Source: Malacoraja senta (Eukaryota). From it: a DNA stretch of 64,000 nucleotides. How positions within the stretch are numbered: the stretch's first letter is position 1; each line of letters opens with the position of its first letter. Location: NCBI GenBank assembly GCA_038087875.1, contig CM075990.1, positions 12,650,001 to 12,714,000 on the forward strand. The letters run 5' to 3'. The translations under genes were made by a program, and so were the position numbers. Positions 24,497-36,215 of this stretch are shown piece after piece. The notes under the pieces were generated by a model. It was not told the DNA's origin. It ran no database searches and was given only the letters and a program-made list of their open reading frames with translations.

Positions 24497-25057
24497 AAGG
24501 GCCTGTCCCACTTAGGCTATTTTTTAGGTGACTACAGATGACTAGATGGTCGCCAGGGTGTCGCCTGTATGGTCGTGAGTAGTCTCCTCAGTCGCCCAAA
24601 GAGTCGTAGCGCCTTTCTGGTCGCTGCTGGATTTTCAACATGTTCAACAATTTTCAGCAACAGTGGGTTGACACCAATGAGCGTAGCTTGACTTCTCCTG
24701 ACGTAGGTGCTGTCGTAGGTTGTCACCAGGTGACGTAGGTTGTCGCCGGTGCTGACTTTGGTGAATTCCATTGGCGACTGCCTACGTCAACCGGCAACAG
24801 GTACCAGCGACTGAATTGTCTTCAGTTGTCGCTGACAGGGTCGTAGCTTGTCGCGAGTGGACGTAGGTTGACTTCGGTTGTCGTAGGTGGACTTCCTAAT
24901 GGGTCGCAGGTTGGCGGTAGCGTGCCGTAGCTTGACATCGACTAGGTTGTTGTAGACATTATCGTAGACATTGTCCAGTTGCCGGTTTTTCGGCGACCTG
25001 CTACGACTATGGCAGTCGACGGCAGTCGCCTAAAAAATCGCCTGTGTGACAGGCCCC
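24497..25057. mobile_element. Larger CpG-rich Harbinger-like MITE with internal GTCGTAG/GTCGCC repeats
   Basis: TTA|AGGGCCTGTCCCAC...GTGTGACAGGCCCC|TTA; shares TTTTCAACATGTT(G/C)AA with the smaller MITEs. Confidence 0.78.
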
Positions 25058-25155
25058 TTAGTGTTAACAGAGATAATGCCTTTATTCTCACGCCTAAAAT
25101 TGTTTAGAAAAGATGGTGGAAAAAATCTTTACGTTACTTTAATATTTTGGAAATG

Positions 25156-25430
25156 GCGGCATGGAGGCTCAGTGCTAGGGTGCCGCCTTATAGTGTTGAG
25201 ACTGGGTTTGATCCTGACTACGGGCACTGTCTGTATGGAGTTTGAATGTTATCGTCATGACAGCGTGTGTTTTCTGTGAGATCTCCCACACTGGTTTGTA
25301 GGTTAATTGGCTTGGTATAAAATATAAACTGTCCCTAGTGTGTGTGTGTGTGTGTAAGATAGTGTTAATGTGCGGGGATTGCTGGTTGGTGCTGACTTGA
25401 TGGGCCGAAGGGCCTGTTTCTGTGCTGTAA
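25156..25430 (+). mobile_element. V-SINE (HE1-like), diverged
   Basis: Same family; partial copies also at 18581-18780, 19958-20226 and 39890-40030. Confidence 0.75.
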
Positions 25431-25516
25431 CTAGACAAGTAATTGGACGGCAGACATAAAAGATCTCATACCCCTGTTTGGAGGAAGCATGTTCTTCCCA
25501 GTCAATAATGATCCTA

Positions 25517-27779
25517 GAATATTAACTAATAACATATTATCCTCGAAATTCCAACTATCAAGGGGAAATAGACAAGGATGCTCATTATCACCACAGCTGT
25601 TTGCTCTCATTATTGAACCGCTAGCAGAAAAAATTAGAATACACCCTGATATTCATGGATATAATACTAAAGACTCATATAATAAAATATCTTTATACGC
25701 GGATGATATATTACTGTATATAACAAAACCTCAAATCACTATACCAAATATATTAAATTTAATTGAAGACTTTGGATCTTTTTCTGGATATAGAATAAAT
25801 TGGAATAAAAGTGAAATTATGTCAATAAAACCGAAAGATTCAACACATCTTTTAAAATTCCCTTTTAAAATAGCTACAGAAAAATTTAAATATTTGGGAG
25901 TCGAAATTACCAGAACATATCAAGGTATGTTCGGGGCAAATTTTGACCCCCTACTTAATAAATTAAATACACTAATTAAATTCTGGAAAACGCTCCCGAT
26001 GTCTTTAATAGGCTGAATAAACGCAATAAAAATGATCTTTTTACCACAAATTTTATACCTATTTCAATCAATTCCTATATACTTACCTAAGAAGTTTTTA
26101 AAAAAACTCAACTCAGATATCACTAATTTTATATGGGACTATAAATCACATAGAATACAAAAAACTCATCTGAATAAACCTAAAGTATTGGGGGGTTTAG
26201 CACTACCTAATTTTATGTATTATTATTGGTCAGTAAATATTAAAAACATGATTCAACTGATGGATAACTCCGCCCAGCAAGTAGACTGGATTGTAATGGA
26301 GAAAGAGGATTGCTCCTCTAGAAACATTGGAGCGATCCTCCTCTCTCCAATGAAACTGAATAACATAAATTATAATAAGAACCCAATTATTCATAGTACA
26401 ATCCGTATTTGGAAACAAATAAAACAAAATTTAAAATTAAGAAATTTATCACTTTTATTACCTATAGTCAATAACCCTTCGTTTAGTCCTTCTATTATAG
26501 ATAAAGCTTATACACAATGGGATAGACTAGGAATTAAAACGTTCGGTGACTTGTATGAAACTGGAAAATTACTTTCATTTCAACAATTACAAATAAAATA
26601 TAAACTCGGAAATAATCAATATTTTAAATATTTTCAAATATGCGACTATTTGAAAAAATATACAAAAGATCATTATAATAACCCAGTAGATGTATTGGAC
26701 GAGGCAATGCAGATAAAAGCGGAATCAGCAAACTTAATATCATATTTGTATAATATTATTTTAAATGTACAAATACCACCTACGGAGGGTATCAGAAGAG
26801 ACTGGGAACAAGAGTTAGCTATTAAAATTTCAAAGGAAAGTTGGAATGAATACTTATTAAACGTGCATAAATGCTCGATTAATGTAAGACACACTTTAAT
26901 ACAATTTAAAATTTTACATAGATTATATTATTCAAAAACTAAAATTCATAAAATTTTCCCAAACGTATCATCTATTTGTGATAAATGTCAATCCCAAGAA
27001 GCTACTATAGCGCACTCATTCGTCTTCTGTACAAAAATTCAAAAATTTTGGAATGAAATTTTTGACATCTTTACAAAGTTATTTAAAACAAGATTGATAC
27101 CCAAAGCAGAATGGATTATCTTCGGAATAACGGAAGATGATCCAGAACTAAATGTGTTTCAAAAGAAATTAATGGACTATGGGTTAATAACTGGAAAAAA
27201 GCTAATTCTAAAATTTTGGAAGAAGGCTCCAATACCAACTATAAATATGTGGATTTCAAATATGTCTGAAACACTACACCTAGAAGAGATAAGACTCCTC
27301 CTAGCAGGTAAACCAGATCACTTCCACCTGACGTGGTCTGCATTTATAGAATTATTACAAACATAGGGTGCAAAAGTACTTTAAAAAAAATAAAAAATTG
27401 AGGTCGGGTAAGGGGGGATGATAGTTGAACAGTTGGTATGTCCTATTTACGTAATGCTCAAAAAAAATATTTGTTTTTCTTTTTTTTTTTCCTCTCTCTT
27501 TTTCTCTTTTTTTTCCTAGGGCCTATTTCTTAACTCTTTTTCTTTTGTTTTTAATTTCGCTCTTATAGGGTCTTCGTCCTTTTTTGTTGTTACATTTTCT
27601 ACACTTTTCTACACTTTCACTTTTTCCTTCACTTTCTTCTCTCTTTCAATCTTTTCCTTTTCTAGTGTAAAAAAAAATAAAAAATAAAGGGAGTACATTA
27701 ATTGTAAGAAGATACAAATGACGAGTATTAATGTATGTGGTTGTAATGTAATGTACTTCTAATAAATAAAAATTAAAAA

Positions 27780-27803
<24 letters not shown>
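25517..27803 (+). mobile_element. 5'-truncated L1-clade LINE (ORF2 RT and C-terminal zinc knuckle, 3'UTR, tail)
   Basis: RQGCSLSP, LYADD and CDKC-x7-H-x4-C motifs; one in-frame TGA at 26014; AATAAA and (AAT)n tail; 13-bp TSD AATAATGATCCTA at 25504-25516 and 27804-27816. Confidence 0.93.
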
Positions 27804-27811
<8 letters not shown>

Positions 27812-28169
27812 TCCTACTCCCAGCGTGAGCTCATCAAATTCTCCATGCAGTTAGTGGGAGTAGCTCTGCACAAACTGACAGTGACTTCAGAAAGAATTCA
27901 TTGTCTGCAGAGACTTTTGATGTCCTGGGTTTGCGAATGACACCACAGAAATGTAAATATTTATTTTGCCCACGATGAGAATTATTCTTTCTTTAAGTTA
28001 ACAAAGCTAAGAGGCCCTAATTGCACGGCAGTGGGGAAGTCCCACTGCAGAGGTGTACAATTTTGATCATACCTGTAATCTTCTTTGTATATGGGACAGA
28101 GCAGCGATCGTTTACTGCGTTGGTTCATGGGATGAGGGGTCGACCATTTGTGGTGAAGTGTGTGAGCCA

Positions 28170-28680
28170 TTTCTGGTCCCTATATCTGAGGAAGGATGTG
28201 CTGGCTCTGGAGAGGGTCCAGAGGAGGTTTACGAAAATGATACCAGGAATGAGTGGGTTAACATATGATGAGCGTTTGACGGCACTGGGCCTGTACTCGC
28301 TGGAGTTTAGAAGGATGAGGGAGGACCTCATTGAAACTTACCGAATAGTGAAAGGCTTGGATCGAGTGGATGTGGAGAGGATGTTTCCACTAGTGGGAGA
28401 GTCTGAGACTAGAGGACATGGACTAAAAATTAAAGGACGTTCCTTTCGGAAGGAGATGCGGAGGAATTTCTTTATTCAGAGGGTGATGAATCTGGAATTT
28501 TTTGCCACAGAAGGCGGTGGACGCCAAGTCAATTAATATTTTTAAGACAGAGATAGGTAGATTCTTGATTTGTACGCGTGTCAGTGGTTATGGGGAGAAG
28601 GCAAGAGAACGGGGTTAGGAGGGAGAGATAGATCAGCCATGATGAATGGCCTAATTCTGCTATCACTCATGACCTTATGA
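28170..28680 (+). mobile_element. CR1 LINE 3' fragment
   Basis: FWSLYLRKDVLALERVQRRFTKMIPG...TRGHGLKIKG. Confidence 0.88.
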
Positions 28681-29465
28681 GTGATATATTTTTCAGAGTT
28701 GTGAATATTTGCAATTCTCAACCTTAGGGATACAGAAAAACATTGAAAGCATCTAAGACAAAGATTTAGATGATAGATACACCAGTGATCATGGAAATGA
28801 CACAGGAAACATTAGCTGAAGTCACAAATCCGATTAGCCATGATCAAGGGAATATATATTCTATCTCTGCTGGCGTTTCTGATATTCTTAGGTTTTGCAG
28901 AAAATATGGTTTACTTAAGCACGGATGAATTTAAGACCAAGTAAAAGGGAGAAAGGAACAGAAAGTTAAACTGAAACTGAAAGATGAAGCAGAGACAAGT
29001 AAAGTTGCCTTGTTTCGGTACTGTACACTTCTCTCTGACATTATGATGTGATTTACTGTGGTGCTATTTACAGTGTATCAACTGTCCCAGTGTCTGTTTG
29101 TCCAACCATTTTATTACATATCAGATGAGATTCAATGGGAGAATCTTCTGTCTACCTTTGACAGCTGGAAAGTTCCAGTAATTGGTGTCACCATCATTCA
29201 GTGGAAAATCTCCCAGTTAAAACTCACTTGAACAGTAAATGAAAATAGGTTAAAACCCTTAGTCTGACTGGATGGGGGGAAAACTGAGGTGTACCTTATG
29301 AGTATTTTGCTGTTTTGATGCAGATAAATCATAGGAATCATTTATCTACAATGATTCAAATGATTGTTGTACAAATCCAAATAACAAAAAGAACTGCATG
29401 CTAAACTAATGCATTGGCTAGTAGTATCTTTCGAAGTGCTTTGTCATCTTTCTTCCCTTTTGCAG

Positions 29466-29545
29466 ATGGCAATAATCATTCTTGCAGTGTTGCTGTTCCT
29501 GGCTACCATGCTGTTCATCTTTATGAATTGGTATTACAGAACAGT
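29466..29545 (+). CDS. CDH23: Cadherin-23 exon 63 (transmembrane helix)
   Basis: cag|ATGGCA...ACAGT|gtaag, 80 nt; MAIIILAVLLFLATMLFIFMNWYYRT. Confidence 0.95.
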
Positions 29546-31363
29546 GTAAGTGCCTTGGTTGATATTTACATTGTACAAGATCTCAAACGTAACAATGAAC
29601 AAAAGAAACTGCAGTCACAGGGAACTGCAGATGCTGGAATCTTGAGGGGAAAAACGCAAAGTGCTGGAGTAACTCAGCGCGGTCAGGCGGCATCTCTAAA
29701 GGCATCACCACAGATGCTGCCCTGCCCGCTGAGTTACTCCAGCACTTTTTGCTCTAAATACACTGCAGGATCATTCATGGTTCTGATGTGGAATGTTAGA
29801 AATGTGGGGGGGGGGGGGGGGGGGGACTTCTGAAATGCTCTGCGACCAACCAGCAAGAGTTTGGTTTAGTTTATAGTTTAATTAAGTTTATTATTGTCAT
29901 GTGTATTGAGGTACAGTGAGACGGTTTTGTCAAGTGCTATCAGTCAGTAAAAAGACTACATGATTACAATCAAGTGTGTAGTCCTCAGTGTACAGATACA
30001 GGGTATAACATTTAGTGCAAGATAAAGTCCACTAAAGTCTGATTAAAGATAGTTTGAAGGTCTCCAATGAGGTAGATGGGAGGTCAGGACTGCTCCTAGC
30101 TGGTGAGAGGACGGTTCAGCTGCCTGGTAGCAACTCCCTGTTTAAAGTACAGACAGATCCCAACCTCACTCGGATAATATTCTCAGCAGTTTTTGCTTCA
30201 AGTACAAGAAGTGGGACTGTACCCTACAGCTCCTCATGCTGACTCTGCCATTCATTAAGATGATGGCTGATCTTTACATCAGTGCCACTTTCCTGCACTG
30301 ATCTCACAAGCTGACTTCACTTAATATCTAAAAATCTAGCCATCTGTTTTGAAACTATTCAACAACATTGGATACAGAATTCCAAAGATGTACTTTCCTC
30401 TGGGAGGAGATTTCTCCTAATTACAGTCCTCGATGGATAGCCTTATGTTTTAAAGACCAAGACTCCTGGTTTTGACAGCACCATACAAGTCAAACATCCA
30501 CTTCTCATCTCCCCACTCAAGCCCATCACGTTTGTGCATTATTCACGTGAGAATTTCTCATTCTTCTGGACGCAAGAATGGGAGTTGATCACATTGAAAT
30601 GCACAAAATCCTTATTTTTAGTCTGCTTAATCCCTCACATGAAAAATCGACCTTTCCAGATATCAAAGTGATAAAGCTATGTGGCATCACAAGCATACCC
30701 TTTCTTAGGCTGGGAGGTCAGATCTATACATAGTATTCCAGATACAGTCTCATCATAGAGTCATAGATAAGAGTCATTGAGTTTTACAGCGAGGAACAGG
30801 CTCTTCGGCCCAACTTGCCCACACCGGCCAACATGTCTACACTACACCCACCTGCCTGCATTTGACCCATATCCCTCTAAACCTGTCCTATCCATGTACC
30901 TGTCTAAATGGGACTATGACTCCATACAATTAGAAACATAGAAAATAGGTGCAGGAGTAGGCCCTTCGATTCAATATGATCATCGAAAATCAGTACCTCC
31001 TATCCCCATATCCCTTGATTCCGTTAGGCCTAAGAGCAAAACCTAACTCTCTCTTGCAGAACCTCTCCAATCTCATGCACAAATACTCATTCAAGGAGGG
31101 CTACCATACTGTTTGCCTTCCTAATTCCTTGCTGTACCTGGATATTATTCTTCAGTCATTTACACTCAAGTCCCTTTAAACATCAACAGCTTTCAATATT
31201 GATTCATTTAAAAAATGTGCTGCCCTTCTAATTTCTCCACCAAATGGATGATCCCATATTTTTCCAGATTATATTCCATCTGCCATGCTCTCGCCTATGC
31301 ACCGAACCTCTGTAGCCTCCTCACAGCCCGCACTGCCGCCCAGCTCTGTAACCTCAAAGACAA

Positions 31364-31661
31364 GGGCGGCATGGTGGCGCAGCAGTAGAGTTGCTGCCTT
31401 ACATCACCAGAGCCCCGGGTTTGTTCCTGACTACGGGTGCTGTCTGTACAGTTTGTACGCTCTCCCTTGTGGCCTGTGTGGGTTTTCTCCGTGATCTCCA
31501 GTTTCCTCCCACGCTCCAAAGACGTACAGGTTTGTAGGTTAATTGGCTTGGTATAACTAAACTGTCTCAAGTGTGTGCAGTAGACTGTAAGCGTGCAGAG
31601 ATCGCTGATCAGTGCGGATTCGGTGGGCCTGTTTCTGCGCTGTATCTCTAAACCAAACTAA
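31364..31661 (+). mobile_element. V-SINE (HE1-like)
   Basis: Same family. Confidence 0.85.
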
Positions 31662-31790
31662 ATTCAGAATAAACCAGCTCTGCCCCAACAACATGATATT
31701 TAAATAGTGAAAGACCATCTCTGCTCTATAATTAGTGAGACTTTACAGAGTGAATCTCCGCTTAGTCCAAGTACTGCTGGTACACAGTGC

Positions 31791-32134
31791 TGGGACGACA
31801 GATGGCGCAATGGGCTAAGTGTTCGGCTGGCAACCGGAAGGTAGCCGGTTCGAATCCCGCTTGGAGTGCATACTGTCGTTGTGTCCTTGGGCAAGACACT
31901 TCACCCACCTTTGCCTGCATGTGAATGTGTGTGAGTGATTGGTGGTGGTCGGAGGGGCCGTAGGCGCAGATTAGCAGCCACGCTTCCGTCAGTCTGCCCC
32001 AGGGCAGCTGTGGCTACAGAAGTAGCTCACCACCACCGAGTGTGACTGAGGAGTGAATGAATAATGCGATGTAAAGCGCCTTGAGTATTAGAAAGGCGCT
32101 ATATAAATCCCATCCATTATTATTATTATTATTA
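31791..32134 (+). mobile_element. tRNA-derived CORE-type SINE with L2-like tail
   Basis: A box TGGCGCAATGG, B box GGTTCGAATCC, GTGTCCTTGGGCAAGACACTTCACC core, stem-loop AGCGCCTT...AAGGCGCT, (ATT)n tail. Confidence 0.85.
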
Positions 32135-32264
32135 GTCTGGCAGGGTATATAAAGAGGGGGAGAATTTGAACTCACGGGTCCAGCTGCAAGAAGAGTGGAT
32201 TTGAGATCAGTCTGATGAGAATTCATGGAGGCAAAGAGCACGGAAATAAACTCCAGCCCAACTT

Positions 32265-32500
32265 CTTGCTTGGGCAGTTTATACCCCAGCGGCATGTACA
32301 TTGACTTCTCCAATTTCAGGTAGTCCTCACTGTCTCCTCCCCTTCTCAGCTCTCCCTCAGCCCTCTGGCTCCTCCTCTTCCCCCCCCCCCCACCCTACAC
32401 CAGTCTGAAGAAGGGTTTCGGCCCGAAACGTTGCCTATTTCCTTTGCTCCATAGATACTGCCGCACCCACTGAGTTTCACCAGCACTTTTGTCCACCTTT
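32265..32500 (+). mobile_element. Penelope-like element 3' end: ORF C-terminus plus hammerhead-bearing terminal repeat
   Basis: 32270-32323 reads LGSLYPSGMYIDFSNFR*, like the LxxLxPxG(L/M)N end of PLE GIY-YIG domains; followed by CTGAAGA...GAAACGTT. Confidence 0.72.
32402..32436 (+). ncRNA. Putative minimal hammerhead ribozyme, second subfamily
   Basis: GT-CTGAAGA-A-GGGT-TTCG-GCCC-GAAAC-GTT-GC; UUCG-capped stem II; palindromic AACGTT. Confidence 0.62.
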
Positions 32501-32951
32501 TTTACCTATATCAAAATGTATTTTAAATGTTATTATTGTTCCTTTCTCAAATCACTTCCTTTTAAAGTTTGTTTCAAATGGGTACCATCCATTGTGTGAA
32601 AAAGTTGTCCCTTTTAAATCTTTCCCCTCACCTCAAACCAATTCCATCTATTTCTTGTGTAGGAAGGAACTGCAAATGCTGGTTCAAACAAAAGATAGGC
32701 ACAAAATGCTGGAGTAACTCAGCGGGACAGATGCTGGCTGTCCTGCTGAGTTACTCCAGCATTTGATGTCCATCTATTTCTTGATGCACAAAGCCTGGGG
32801 AAAAGACTGTGTGTATTCACCATCTCAATAGCTCTTCTTTACGTTAGGGGTCAGTATTTCCTTAGATCTCCCCAGTACATGTGTCCTCCCTTCAAAATAC
32901 GATACAGCCGGCTCCAAATAATGAAAGCATCTCTCTGTTCATTGTCAACAG

Positions 32952-32992
32952 GCACAAAAGAAAGTTGAAGGCCATTGTAGCAGGTTCCACGG
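32952..32992 (+). CDS. CDH23: Cadherin-23 exon 64
   Basis: cag|GCAC...ACGG|gtaag, 41 nt; HKRKLKAIVAGST. Confidence 0.93.
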
Positions 32993-33096
32993 GTAAGTAA
33001 TGCACAGGGTAAGTCATCCAAAGCACTTTACATCAGCTTAGCCTATAGCCAATTCCTGAGTTGGAAGTATGAGGGTTCATGGGCCACAGTAGATTA

Positions 33097-33388
33097 AAAC
33101 CCCTGTCCCACGGTACGAGTTCATTCCAAGAGCTCTCCCGTGTTTGCCCTGATTCGAACTCGGAGATTTACGGTAATCGGTACTCGGGGCTCTCGTGGAC
33201 ATTTCTCTACATGTTGAAAAATCTTCCCGAATCTTCCCGAGTACCTGCCGTTCGTGTTACGAGCCGGTAAGAGACGTCCCTGAGCTCCGACGTACCCGCT
33301 ACGTTCATTCTCCGCGCTTACCACGAGTTTGATTTTTTTTAAACTCGGGAGAGCTCTTGGAATGAACTCGTACCGTGGGACAGGGCTA
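33097..33388. mobile_element. MITE, same family
   Basis: CCCTGTCCCACGGTACGAG...CTCGTACCGTGGGACAGGG. Confidence 0.82.
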
Positions 33389-34738
33389 TGAGTACGTAAG
33401 TGTAATGATGCAAGTAGTCCAATCAATGATTGACAAAGAACACTTCAAGGTTACGAAGAAACCGTGTGTATTAGAGTATAATGAAAAACAGTTAAATGAT
33501 CAATAGATTAAATAAGCTGTAAGTCTCTCAGCCCTCTGTTCGTCAATTCTTCACTGATACGAGCCTCACGTCCTTCAGTCCAGTGGAATCTCCGGCTTGC
33601 AATGGCTGGTCTGGAGAACTCAAGGGTCCTGGCACCATTGTGGATCCCAATCTGAGGAGAAAAGTTCAGTGAGCTCACTCGCACAGGCACTTACATAGTG
33701 AATACGCTCACGCTTATTCTCTAATCTACATGGTACAGTCAACTATGGGTTTTTTAAACTAGTAACCTCCTTAGTGATGGCAACAGGGATTATTTGTTAC
33801 ATTCAGAGCTGAGTTAGAGTTAGAAATCTCTGAGTAGAAACGTTTGACTCATCTTGCCAGTATCTGCCCTAGCAACTGCATGGTGAGGGCTCAAGATTTA
33901 TCAGATCTTCCAAGTAAGTCCAATTATTTTTCTGAGAACCCAATTGTTTTTCTACGTGAGTTTGCTTGCTCCGGAGGCTGTTAGCAGACAGCCTTTTCGC
34001 TGAAAAGTCTTTTTAACCCTTACATTACAGTGAGCCAGTTTGATGCTTAAGTGGTATTCCAAAGAAATGTAGCATGATTTTGTGTTGATTGTTCATTCAA
34101 GGTTCTGTCTGACTTTCCCTCTGATAGATGCTCTATTTGAGCAGCAGTGGTTTACCAGGTAGGTTGGCTAATGTTTTTCCACCAGGATGACCTGATTATC
34201 CATGCAGTGCTGTCTCTTGGACCTTGCTTTGTGCAAACCTGCATCACATTTTTATCAAATGATTGCAAGTTATCCACTTGTGCTACCAGAGAATCAATTC
34301 AAATTATTTTTCTCCACATCCTTTGTAGGGTTTTAATGGCAAATTGCAGTACGCAGGTCCCTTAAATAAAACCTAGTTTCTACACTGGATGGTGAAGTAT
34401 GTTTACCTCACAACCAGGCACGAAGCTACGAATAAGATGCAAAGGCCAAACAACACTCATGCCCAGACTCTGTCCCATGTTTGCCATTAAGTGTTTGTGA
34501 CATTAAAGAGACAATGTTCCATTCTGGCCTCAGCATAGTCAAATGTGCCATGGCTCTATCCTTCAGCCAATCCTCTGGCCTTCAGTGAGAAATACTATGA
34601 AAATGGTGCTCCAATTTAAAGCCATTGTTTGTGTAGTAAATGTGGAAGCTAATTTAATATTCACTGAAATTACTTCACCTTTAAGGGTTAGAGCGAGTGG
34701 CAAAAACTCTTAAATGTGTTAATTAAGTGAATGGTGAA

Positions 34739-35465
34739 CTGAATGGTGGCCGATTAGGAAAAGGGGAGATGCAACGAGACCTGGGTGTCATGGTACACCA
34801 GTCATTGAAAGTAGGCATGCAGGTGCAGCAGGCAGTGAAGAAAGTGAATGGTATGTTAGCATTCATAGCAAAAGGATTTGAGTATAGGAGCAGGGAGGTT
34901 CTACTGCAGTTGTACAGGGTCTTGGTGAGACCACACCTGGAGTATTGCGTACAGTTTTGGTCTCCAAATCGGAGGAAAGACATTCTTGCCATAGAGGGAG
35001 TACAGAGAAGGTTCACCAGACTGATTCCTGGGATGTCAGGACTTTCATATGAAGAAAGACTGGATAGACTCGGCTTGTACTCGCTAGAATTTAGAAGATT
35101 GAGGGGGGATCTTATAGAAACTTACAAAATTCTTAAGAGGTTGGACAGGCTAGATGCAGGAAGATTGTTCCCGATGTTGGGGAAGTCCAGAACAAGGGGT
35201 CACAGTTTAAGGATAAAGGGGAAATCTTTTAGGACCGAGATGAGAAAAACATTTTTCACACAGAGAGTGGTGAATCTCTGCCACAGAAGGTAGTTGAGGC
35301 CAGTTCATTGGCTATATTTAAGAGGGAGTTAGATGTGGCCCTTGTGGCTAAAGGGATCAGGGGGTATGGAGAGAAGGCAGGTACAGGATACTGAGTTGGA
35401 TGATCAGCCATGATCATATTGAATGGCGGTGCAGGCTCGAAGGGCCGAATGGCCTACTCCTGCAC
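34739..35465 (+). mobile_element. CR1 LINE 3' fragment, well preserved
   Basis: RDLGV..LYRVLVRPHLEYCVQFWSP..TRGHSLRI open frame followed by 3'UTR. Confidence 0.92.
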
Positions 35466-36154
35466 TTTAAAAACAAAATTTAATATTTTATTTATAAGAA
35501 GTAATGTACATTACAGTGATATAAGCCCAAAATAACATAATACATTTCCTGTACCACTTCTTGTTTTAAACTTAAAAAAGAAGAAAAATAGAGAGTTAGA
35601 TAAGATAGTAAGTGCGTGAAAGATCAGGAGAAACCCGTAGAAAGGTAAACCACGAGAAAGAGTTAAAAAGAAAACCAAAGGAAAAGAAAAAGAAAAATAG
35701 AGAACAGAAGATATAAAAAGTAAAAGAAGATAAAAGGGACGTACCTACTTCGTATCTGCACCTATTTTCTATGTTTCTATTATATGCTTTCTGGCTACAC
35801 AAGCGATAGATGGCCTGGTGATTTGCTCTCTGCAGTTTGTGGCACTCTCAGTTCTCCACTTTAATACATTTGGACAGCTCTTCATTAATTAGTATATTAA
35901 CTACTTTGTGCCACAATTTTCCCTGATTCCTGTCCTCTTCCCGATTACCAATATTGCATGGTTTCTTCAGTGAACTGTTCACGTGTTTTACTACTAAATC
36001 TGATAGTATCTCTACAATGTCTCTGTCCTGTCAAGTCATTTTTCTGTTGTTCTCCATTTGCCACTCGTACCCCAGAACTTGAAGGTGTCAAATCAAGAAT
36101 GTAGGACTTGCACTTTGAAATACATTCTGAAACTTTGCCTGTGTTTCTATTCAG

Positions 36155-36215
36155 GTAATCAAGGGTTTATGGACATATTGGACATGCCAAACACCAACAA
36201 GTATTCATTTGAAGG
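36155..36215 (+). CDS. CDH23: Cadherin-23 exon 65
   Basis: cag|GTAAT...GAAGG|gtaag, 61 nt; NQGFMDILDMPNTNKYSFE. Confidence 0.93.

Noticed and set aside
24700..25030. CRISPR-like recurring short motifs
   Set aside because: Irregular internal repeats of a MITE in eukaryotic DNA; no constant repeat-spacer period.
25489..27366. Longest ORFs in the window (175 and 444 aa) as a host gene
   Set aside because: L1 ORF2 fragment with TSD and tail.
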